Below are positions 1 through 8,424 of a stretch of DNA of 39,295 nt, piece after piece (position 1 is the first letter of the stretch; each line of letters begins with the position of its first letter). The position numbers and the translations under genes were made by a program. Below the pieces are notes generated by a model. The model saw only the letters and a program-made list of their open reading frames with translations. It ran no database searches and had not been told where the DNA came from. This DNA comes from Prasinococcaceae sp. CCMP 1430 (Eukaryota; Plantae; Prasinodermophyta), in assembly GCA_013416795.1 (NCBI GenBank), contig RQSC01001082.1, positions 1 to 39,295 on the forward strand, written 5' to 3'.

Positions 1-551
1 CATCGCGCCGGGGGGGGGGGGCCCAGGCCGCGGCCGGCGGCGCCCCTAGGCGCGCGCGCGCGCGTTTTCGCATGTGTTTCGCACATCATTTCGGCGCTGG
101 ACCTTCGCCATTTTTCGCAGCGCGGCGCGCGGCCGGCGCCGTTGCGAGGGGCGGAATGCTAGGAGGCCGGCCAGAGCTCTGCCTGTTCACGTCGCGAGCA
201 CGCGTTCTCTTCTTCTCTCTTCTGTCCGCGACCGCCCGCGGGAAGGCGGGCAAGAAAGAACGCGCGCGCAGCACGCCTACGCGTAGGCTACGCCTGGCCA
301 AGCTCAGGCAAGCCCACGCGCACGCGCACGTCCCCGATGGAGTCTCCCGTGGGTAGTAGCGACATGAAATAAAACATGACTTACGACATCCTTCCTTCAC
401 ACACTCCCCTCTGGCCTCGGCTCTCCCTTTCGTCGCTAGCCGCTCTCGCGAGCTCTAATACCCCCCCTCCCCCCCGCGCGCGCGCGTGCGTAAGCGACTG
501 ACGTAGGCGCGCCCCCAGAAAGTCATTCTGACGCCCTCTCTCATCAGCAGC

Positions 552-578
552 TAGAGAGAGAGCGAGAGAGAGAGAGGG
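552..578. repeat. Imperfect (GA)n microsatellite downstream of the kinase-isomerase stop
   Basis: tagagagagagcgagagagagagaggg. Confidence 0.8.
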
Positions 579-612
579 ACAGTCATTAGTGTTATTACTC
601 GTGAGACGAACG

Positions 613-3256
613 TCAGCGCGCCGCCGCGTCTGCGAGCGCGTCTCGCGCAGCGGCGATCGCCGCAAGCCCGTCGCGGGCGCGCAACGCCTCCTCGGCGACC
701 CCGCTCGCGGCCATGGCTGCCGCGGCTGCCCACAGCTCCCCGACGACCCGCACGTTGTGCTCCGCTTCGGCGACAGGATCCTCGCGCAGCGGGAAGGTAT
801 CGAAGTAGAGGTGCTCGCGCTCGCCCCGACCGTAGCCCGCGCGCTGCAGCCAGAAGAGGAGCTCCAGCGCTGCCTGCGGGTGCGCAGACGCAAACGCGAG
901 GCCATCCTCGGCGCCCAGGCGGACCGGCGCGTCATTGAGCTGCACGCCAAACAGCGCACGCGCTCCGTGTGCTAGCGCGGCCGACTGTGCGGGGTTCTCG
1001 CCCGCCATGAGCAGGTGGCCGAAGTCGAGCGTCAGCCCGAAGTTGGGCCTGCCGACGCGCCGCACGAGCTCCACGGCGGCGCCCGTGCTCGGCACGAGCG
1101 CGAAGCGGCTCTTCTCATCGGTGGGCTTGAACTCGAGCGACACGCGCACGCGCGGGCCGCACGCGTCGGCAACCGCGCCGTACGCCTCCGCCGCCGCGTC
1201 GAGCGCCGCCGCATAGTCAACCTGCAAATTGTAGTCGTAGCCGTCGAACTGCGGCCAGACCACCAGCTGCGATGCGTTGAGCGCGTGCACCCAGCCGCAC
1301 GCCTCGGCTGCGAGCCGCACGGCGGACGCGCGCACGTCGGCCGATGCGGCGGTGAGCGCGCCGGCGCTGAATGCGCTCTCGGGGAAGCGCATTGCGACAC
1401 CACCCGCGCGGAGCCCCGCAGCACGCAGCGCCGCGAGCACCTCTGCCGCCGCGAGCCCCTCCAGGTGCTGCGGGTAGTTGAGCTCCACCAGCGATAGCCC
1501 CGCCACGCTGGCCTGCCGCGCGATTAAACCAAGCACGCTGCTCAGCGGTTCGGCCCCGCGCCAGAGCTCCGGCCGCGCCCTCATCGAGTTGAGGCGAGAC
1601 GCGAGAAGCGGCAGCGGCGGCGCCGCCGAAGGCGACGGTGAGGGCCACAGCTCGACGTCCGCATCGCTAGGGCCGTCGACACGCTCCTGCTTCTCGTCTG
1701 CGGCGGCACTGTCTGCGCACTCCTCCCACTCCACGGCGGGGGCGGTGTCGGTCGCGCCACCCGCACCGGCGACGGCCAACCCTGCGAGCGCGTAGCACTC
1801 CTCTCGCCGCGGCAGGCTGGGCATCGCTCCGCGCCGCGCCACTGCAATCGCACCTGCGGCTGCGCCGAGGCGCAGCGCGTCGCGGTGCGGGCGGCCCTCA
1901 GCGAGCGCCACGCCAAAGGCGGCGCGAAACGCGTCGCCCGCAGCGGTCGCGTCGACGGCAGCGCCACCACCAGGAGGCCGCAGCGCAGGCTGATGCAGCA
2001 CCACCTCCTCCTTCCCTTCAACCTCTACGCCGCCATGCACCAGGAGCGCGCCTCGATCGCCAAGGGTGACCAGCACAGCGGCGGCGCCCTGTGCGCGCAG
2101 CGCGCGCGCCGCTGCGAGCGCCTCATCTGCAGTCGCTGTTGGCATGCCGTCGGTGAGCCGCGAGAGCTCGCCCTCGTTGGGTGCGACGTAGTCGACGAGC
2201 GAGAGCAGCGTGGGCCCCAGCGCGCGGTCCTCGCCGCCCGCGTCCAGGAGCACCACCGCGCGCTGGTGGAGAGAATCGGCACGGCGAGCCATTCGTTAGC
2301 ACTCGGCACTCCTCCTGTCGCACTCCCATGACGAGGGCACCCCGACAGCCGCGCGTACGCGCCTCTCGCACCTTCCCAGCACGCCGGACACGCTCCTTCA
2401 CAGCAGCCGCGACGATCTCGTTGACGAATTCGGGAATCTCGCGCTGCAGCAGAACGACTGCGCCTGCGCCTGCTATGGCGGCCTCATCGACAGCGTCCGC
2501 GGCGGCCACGCCTGCGGCCTCGGCCTCACTCGCCGTCCACGCCGCGTTGGCCCCGCCGACCACGACGCTCGTCGCCGCGCCATCAGGTTCGAGAAGCACG
2601 TAGCCCTGTCCCGAGCCGACGCCGTTGCCGTCGTGGACGGACCGCCGCAAGTCCACGCCTTCAGCCGTGAGTTTCTCGCGCAGCCATGGCGCGTGCGTAT
2701 CGGAGCCGAAGCGCCCGCAGAACCGCGCGCGCGCGCCCAGCCGTGCTGCGGCCGCCGCCTGGTTGGCTCCCTTGCCGCCGACGGCGAGCGATACCCCGGC
2801 ACCACCATTGCCACCGCTCGAGCCATCGCTTGCCAGCAGCGTCTCCTCCCGCGCCGGGAGGCGCGGCACGGGCACCGTTATGTCGACATTCACCGACCCG
2901 ACCACGTGTACATGGGGCGCGAGCGCGCCAGCGGCGCAAGCGGCCGCGAGGAGCAGCGCGAGCGCGCAGCCGAGCGCGGGCGCGAGTGGGGGGGCGCCGC
3001 TGGTGCAAGCGTGCAGCGCTCCGAAGAAACGCCGGCATCGCGCGCGCCCCCGCGCCGCGGTCGCCGAGGGTGCCGTGCGCGCGCACTGTGACCCCTTCCC
3101 CCATGCTGCTCGTACCGGCACAAGTTCCGGCTGGCTGTTGATAGGATTTCGGGCTCGCCACAGCACACGCACGTGGCGGCGGTGCGCGCGCCCCGTGAGC
3201 GCGCGCGCGAGTTGCATCTGCGTGCGCGTGCGCACACACAGTTGGCGCGCACACAT
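613..3256 (-). CDS. Fusion of a ribokinase-like PfkB sugar kinase (N-terminal) and a xylose-isomerase-family TIM-barrel sugar isomerase (C-terminal). Two exons, intron 2263-2371. Start uncertain: in-frame ATGs at 3256 and 3217, or out-of-frame ATG at 3038.
   Basis: PfkB motifs VVGSVNVD, GGKGANQAAAAARLG, PNEGEL, VTLGDRGA and DATAAGDAF. Isomerase motifs WPQFDGYDY, LEFKP, LDFGH, QLND, EDGL and YFDTFP. The intron AAG|GTGCGA...GCTAAC...CCACCAG|CGC joins the two ORFs in phase 0. Stop TGA at 615-613. Confidence 0.9.
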
Positions 3257-3365
3257 CGCCAACTTCTACAGCACGCACGCGCACGCTCGCGGACAAGGAG
3301 GGGGAGGTGAGGGGGTGGGTGAGGTGGGGCAAGAGGGAGACCTCGGAGCTCTCGCCGGAAGCACC

Positions 3366-4206
3366 ATGGCTCTCGACCACGACAGCTGGCTCCTGCTGTA
3401 CGCCGCCCCCGGCTTGGGTGTGGTGACCTCCAACGCGACGTTCGTCTCTCCGCTCGCGCACGTGCGGCGCGCGCGCGCGAGCGGCGACTTCTCGTCGATC
3501 AACGCCGCGCCATTCGCCGCCATCGTGGCCAACTGCATGGGGTGGTGCGCGTACGCGTTCGGCACGCGCGACTGGTTCGTGTTCTGGTCTAACGCGCCCG
3601 GCGTGCTGCTGGGGCTCTTCTTTGTGTCAAGTGCGATGCAACACACAAAATGCTCGTCGCTGCTCGCGCGCTTGGAGAGGCAGCTCCTCGTGCAGACGGC
3701 GGTGACACTCGTGGGCGGTGCGGTGGCGGCGATCGCGCTCCGCGATGCGGACCGAGCTATGAGCGTTCTCGGCGCAGTCGCCGTGTTCCACCTCCTCGTC
3801 TTCTACTCGGCGCCACTCTCCGATGTCGTGAATATACTGAAGCAGCGCGACTCTTCCAGCCTCCTCTGGCCGCTCATCGCGACCTCGGCCGTCAACGGAT
3901 TACTGTGGGTGAGTGCGCCACGCTTTGAGTGGCGTGCGTGCGTATGCCGGTGCTTGTCTGTGCAGTCTCCGCTGACATGCACGTGCGCGCGCGCAGGTGG
4001 GGTATGGGCTCGCACTGTCTGACTTCTTCATTGCTGGGCCCAACGCTTTTGGCGTCCTGCTGGCAGTGTTCCAGGCGGCGCTCAAGCTGCGCCTCCCGAG
4101 CAGGCCGGCGCGGGCCCTCCCGCGCTCCGCCTCGCAGGAGCCGCTGCAAGTCGTGGCAAACGAGGCGGCCAATGCCTCGGCTTCTTCTCCCGCCTGGCCT
4201 CAGTGA
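3366..4206 (+). CDS. SWEET: SWEET (MtN3/saliva) sugar transporter; exons 3366-3908 and 3997-4206
   Basis: accATGG start. MtN3 repeat motifs FVSPLAHVRR...PFAAIVANCMGWCAY...N and FYSAPLSDVVNILKQRDSSSL...NGLLW|VGYGLALSDFFIAGPNAFG. Phase-0 intron GTGAGT...GCTGAC...GCAG. Confidence 0.92.
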
Positions 4207-4473
4207 CGACCACAGGGCGGCGCGCTGCTGCTCGTGACTGTTGTATGTGGCTGTATATTAGACTATGCATAGTACTACAGTAGACTAGCTAGAGATATCG
4301 TACAAAAGGACTCGAAAGTAGGATCCTAGGGAGACCACGACGAGACACGCGCTGCCGCTGACAGCGCGCGCTTGAGCTGATGTCAGCTCGAGGCCCTGTG
4401 CGCATGCGCGCGACGGGACGGTCTTGGGAGTTCTCGGGCACGCACACGCAGGGACCACCCACAGCTGCAAACG

Positions 4474-6462
4474 TCAGAGGGAGAACCCAGGCGCCGCGAC
4501 CATCCAGTTGGACGCCGCGCGCGGGCGCTGCTGCTGCCGGGGTTGCTGCTGCGCGGGCGGCCACATCTCGTGCGTGTACATGTCGAGTAGCCCGCCCGAG
4601 GCCGAGCCCGCACCCGCAGCGGCGGGTGGCCTCGGGATGGCCACCGCGCTCGACGTGTGCGAGGCGCCGGCAGTCATCGAGTGCGCGTCAAGAAACTCTT
4701 GCATCCCCACCGCGGGGCTCCGCGATGTCCCAGCTCCCTCGATGCTCGCGGGGTTGTCAAAGAACAGACTGGGCGTCCCGCCCCTCCTTGCGGCGCTTGT
4801 CGAGCGCCGCAGGCTGTGCTCGTAGAGTCCGTCGTAATTCTGCTTCCTCGCGCGCACGGAGAGCAAGAGCCCCACGCCGAGAACCACCACTGCACCTGCA
4901 ATGCCACCGGCGATCCCCGCCATCTCGTTCGCGCTCAGGCCCGCGTCCTTCGTGGCCGGGGGGGAGGGGGCGCCTGAAGGCGTGAGCGACAGGCTCGGAG
5001 GGGGTGACGACGGCGGGCTCGGGGGCCGTAACAGCGTCGGTGGCGGGCTCGGGTTTATGTCGACGACCTCGAGGTCGTCGAATATGGGCTCTCCGTCCTC
5101 TCCGACGCCTGAAACCTCCGCCTGGCTAATGATGGCTTCCACCTCCACCCCGGCCGCTTTCCCTGCCTCCTCAAATGCTTGACTAATGGCGTCGGCGTTT
5201 GTAACCGAGGTGCTCACGAAGTCGGTGATGATGTCCACCTCGATGGTCGGCGCCTGCAACACCTCAGCCTCGGCGCCCACCGCTGCAGCCACCGCTGCCG
5301 CATCCGCTGCCGAGTTGGCAACGATGGCTGCTGCTTTGTCGGCCTGGTCTTCTGGGAGCGTCGTCGTGAACTCCACGTCGACACCTTCGCCTTGCAGCAG
5401 GGCGCGTGAGCGCGAGCGCGAGCGCGCGCGCTGGCCGGCCGAGTCGTCGCCCGAAGTGAACGCGAGCTTCGCTTCGACGGACGCCTCGTCGATGCCCTTG
5501 ATCTGCGCGTAGCGGGCCGCCAGATCGGCCGCAGAGACGCCTAAGATCGCCTCTCCGGTGAGTCGCCAGACCTCGCGGATGATGATTGTGACCAGCACAC
5601 TCGTCGAGTCAGGTGACAGGCCCAGTTTGTCGAAGAAACCCTGCATGACATCTGCCACGATGCTGTCGATGGTGCTGACGTCTGCCAGATCGATCTGCAG
5701 GCTCGACTGCACCCGCGTGAGCGTCAGCGGCGGTGGCGGTGGCAGTGACGCCGAGAGTGCCGGAGACGTCGGAGGTGCCGGGGGCGGGCTAGCCTGCAGC
5801 GTGACACATTCACGCGAGTCTCTGTCCCACTCGCAGTGCACGAGCTCAATGCACTGCGCCTTCTTCTGCGCGGACGTGCAGGGCGCCGAGCCGTCGCTCT
5901 CGCCGCCGCTGTCCTCTTCCTTGTTCACTTTCTTCTTCATCTTCTTCGTGTGTTTCTTCGAGGAGCTAGGGGTGGCAGCGTATTCCTCGCCATCGTAGGA
6001 TGTGGAGGTGGCTGCGTATTCCTCAGCATCGTAGGAGGTAGGAGCGGCTGCGTATTCCTCACCGTAGTCGCCACCGTAGCCCATCCGAGGAGTCGTGACC
6101 CCGTAGCCTCCGCGCATGCCCCCATCCTCGGTCGGTGACTCCCCAGGCGGTCGCGTCACAGGTGGCGGTGGTGTCTCGGAAGGCGGCGATGCCGGAGGCG
6201 GTACTGACGGCGAACTCGGTGGAGACGAGGCGACCTTGGATGCGCACGGTCCCTCAAAGACGACCCAGAGGTCGTCCGAGGCGTGGCCGTAGCCGTAGCC
6301 GTAGCCGTAGCCGTAGTTGCCGACTTCACCGTAGCCATAGCCGTAGCCATAGCACTGCGCAGCTGTTGGCGCGACGGCCTGAACCTTGAGCTCAGCAGCG
6401 GCGCCTGTAACGGCCACGGCTACAGCGCCTGCCACGGCGCAGAGCGCACGCGTTGAGACCAT
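4474..6462 (-). CDS. Predicted type I membrane/cell-surface protein: signal peptide, Tyr-Gly repeats, Pro-rich segments, EEYAA repeats, short Cys module, one C-terminal TM helix
   Basis: Uninterrupted ORF. N-terminus MVSTRALCAVAGAVAVAVTGAAA is signal-like. TM segment GIAGGIAGAVVVLGVGLLLSV is followed by RARK. No recognised family. Confidence 0.7.
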   Translation of the reverse strand: MVSTRALCAVAGAVAVAVTGAAAELKVQAVAPTAAQCYGYGYGYGEVGNYGYGYGYGYGHASDDLWVVFEGPCASKVASSPPSSPSVPPPASPPSETPPPPVTRPPGESPTEDGGMRGGYGVTTPRMGYGGDYGEEYAAAPTSYDAEEYAATSTSYDGEEYAATPSSSKKHTKKMKKKVNKEEDSGGESDGSAPCTSAQKKAQCIELVHCEWDRDSRECVTLQASPPPAPPTSPALSASLPPPPPLTLTRVQSSLQIDLADVSTIDSIVADVMQGFFDKLGLSPDSTSVLVTIIIREVWRLTGEAILGVSAADLAARYAQIKGIDEASVEAKLAFTSGDDSAGQRARSRSRSRALLQGEGVDVEFTTTLPEDQADKAAAIVANSAADAAAVAAAVGAEAEVLQAPTIEVDIITDFVSTSVTNADAISQAFEEAGKAAGVEVEAIISQAEVSGVGEDGEPIFDDLEVVDINPSPPPTLLRPPSPPSSPPPSLSLTPSGAPSPPATKDAGLSANEMAGIAGGIAGAVVVLGVGLLLSVRARKQNYDGLYEHSLRRSTSAARRGGTPSLFFDNPASIEGAGTSRSPAVGMQEFLDAHSMTAGASHTSSAVAIPRPPAAAGAGSASGGLLDMYTHEMWPPAQQQPRQQQRPRAASNWMVAAPGFSL
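5965..6066 (-). repeat. Three in-frame 36-bp (12-aa) tandem repeats, EEYAA(A/T)xTSYDx
   Basis: TATTCCTC recurs on the + strand at 5981, 6017 and 6053 (period 36). Confidence 0.9.
6286..6352 (-). repeat. Hexamer microsatellite encoding (Tyr-Gly)n in two blocks
   Basis: (GCCGTA)n and (GCCATA) units on the + strand; translates as YGYGYGYG-EVGN-YGYGYGYGYG. Confidence 0.95.
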
Positions 6463-6838
6463 AGCGAGCCGCTCCCGCGCCGCCCGCGCCTCTGCGCGCA
6501 CCTGACCGCCCGCGCCTCTGCGCGCGGCGCCCGCGGGCGCGAGCGCACGCCGCCGCACTCGCTCCCTTCCCCCCCGCGTCTCTTCTCAGTCCCATCGCCC
6601 CCCCTCCCTGCCCCCATCCCCCACTCCACCCACGCACCCACCCACCCACCCACCCACCTGCCGCGCTGCGCACCGGCCGACCGCGGGCGCGAATTCGATC
6701 TGCGGCGCTCCCCTCAGCCGCTGGGCTTCCTCATCCGCCGCACCGCACCGCGCCGTTCCCCGAGCGCATACGGAAACGCATGCGGCACGGGCCGCGCGAC
6801 ACCTAGGGCGCCCGTGGGTACGTTACACATTCACATAC

Positions 6839-8197
6839 ATGTACTCTGTCATACCATCTGACGGTACGTTGGGTTCGCTGCGTCGCCTGTTTGGGGTTGA
6901 CTCCGCATACATTTTTGTAGAGTGGAGTACAATCAGGGTTCGTTCGATTGGCGAGCTTTCTGGCGCGGCGCCATCAAATCGCATGCGCGACGAAACGCAT
7001 GCGCGCGCGAAAGCGCGGCGCATTCCCCATTTCCCGCCGAGGGGGCGCACAGGTGGCGCTGCGGGCGTGCGGGCGGGGGCGCGCGCGGGGGGGCGGGCGG
7101 GGGGCGCTACCTACCCGAGTATATCGAATACCACCGCGCACTTGACCGCGCCGGCGGCGGCCGCGGCCGCCGACTGGGCGGCGGCGCGCTCGGCGCCGTA
7201 CTTCGGCAGCGCCCTCGCCATCGTGAAGGACGCCGTCGGCCCCGTGCGCGGGCGCAAGGTTGTAGACGCCGGCTGCGGCGCCGGCGAGCTCACGCAGGAG
7301 ATGGCCGTCGAGGCGGGCGCCGAGCACGTGTGGTGCGTGGAGCCCGCGGCGCACGTGATGCGCAACACCATCGACCCGTCGCTCGCCGGCACGCTCGTGA
7401 CGTACGCGACGACTGGAGCCGAGCGCATGCCTATCGCCACCGCCACCACCGACGTCGTGCTCTTCCTCAACTCGCTGCACCACGTGCGCAAGAAAAACAT
7501 GAAAGCCGCGCTCTCCGAGGCGAGCCGCGTGCTGCAGCCCGAGGGCCACGTCGTCGTGGTGGAGCCGGTTTTGCCGAACGACGGCAGCGCGTACGCCCAG
7601 CTGCTCGGCCGCGGCATCGGCGAGGACAAGGAGATAGTGGAAGCTGAGCGCGCGCTGCGCGCCTTCACCGAGCTGCCCAAGGGGCTGTACATCGAGTCGG
7701 AGGCGTACGCACGGACCGAGAGGGAGTACGCGGGCTACGACGAGTGGCGCGACGCGGTCATTCTTGCCGACAAGTCGCGCCGGCGCGTGCTGGAGCAGCG
7801 TGATGGCGAGCTGCGCGCGCTGTTCCTCGAGGCAGCCACTTTCCGGTCGCGCGCCGCCGTCGTCAGGGCAAAGGCCAGGGCCGCCGCGAGCGCCGCGGAG
7901 CGCCGGGACGAGGACGACCTCGACGCGGATGACGCCAGCTTCGACGAGTTCGGCGTGCGCAGGCCCATCTCGGACGAGGAGGTCGCCGAGGCAGCGGCAG
8001 CGGCGGAGACAAGGGCGAGCGCCGCCTACGAGTCCGCGGCGGGGAGCGACGACGACGACGACGACAACGACGACGTCGGCGTTTACGTGCTCCCGCACTA
8101 CAGCAAGGTGTACGTGCTGCGGCAGGTCGAGGGCGCGGGCGAGCGTGACTGGTGGACAGTCGAGGCGCGCGACGGCGAGGGGCTGGGCGAGCTCTAG
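6839..8197 (+). CDS. Class I SAM-dependent methyltransferase (Methyltransf_11-like) with an acidic C-terminal insertion; start uncertain (6839 or 6983)
   Basis: Motif I VVDAGCGAGE, post-I WCVEP, motif II TGAERMP, then DVVLFLNSLHHV and RVLQPEGHVVVVEP. Confidence 0.85.
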   Translation: MYSVIPSDGTLGSLRRLFGVDSAYIFVEWSTIRVRSIGELSGAAPSNRMRDETHARAKARRIPHFPPRGRTGGAAGVRAGARAGGRAGGATYPSISNTTAHLTAPAAAAAADWAAARSAPYFGSALAIVKDAVGPVRGRKVVDAGCGAGELTQEMAVEAGAEHVWCVEPAAHVMRNTIDPSLAGTLVTYATTGAERMPIATATTDVVLFLNSLHHVRKKNMKAALSEASRVLQPEGHVVVVEPVLPNDGSAYAQLLGRGIGEDKEIVEAERALRAFTELPKGLYIESEAYARTEREYAGYDEWRDAVILADKSRRRVLEQRDGELRALFLEAATFRSRAAVVRAKARAAASAAERRDEDDLDADDASFDEFGVRRPISDEEVAEAAAAAETRASAAYESAAGSDDDDDDNDDVGVYVLPHYSKVYVLRQVEGAGERDWWTVEARDGEGLGEL

Positions 8198-8424
8198 ATC
8201 TTCGAGGCGGTCCAACGTGCGCGGCAAGCGCTGGCTAGAGGCGCACGCGCGCGCGCGCGCGGTGCCGCTTGCAGCGCTGCCAGTGCGCCACTCGGATCAC
8301 GATAATCCTCCATGCATCACAGCCTCAAGCGGCGTGCCCACGGCGTCCTGACGCCACCGCCGGCGAGCGTGCGCATCGCAAGTACATTGGATGTGTTACA
8401 GGCCGGCGGGAGCTTCCACCTCAC

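Noticed and set aside
337-372. Short ORF MESPVGSSDMK recalling the plant SAMDC uORF
   Set aside because: Only the first three residues match and no SAMDC gene follows.
6848-6950. Resemblance to U1 (ATAC...CTG.ACGG), 5S rRNA (TCATACCA, ACTCCGCA) or a tRNA
   Set aside because: It lacks ACUUAC and the U1-70K/U1A loops, the 5S internal structure and correct tRNA arm spacing. Kept only as an unassigned structured island.
7030-7037. E2F-like sites (TTTCCCGC at 7030, TTTGGCGC at 39247)
   Set aside because: Short motifs are expected by chance at AT-to-GC transitions, and the adjacent genes are not evident cell-cycle genes.
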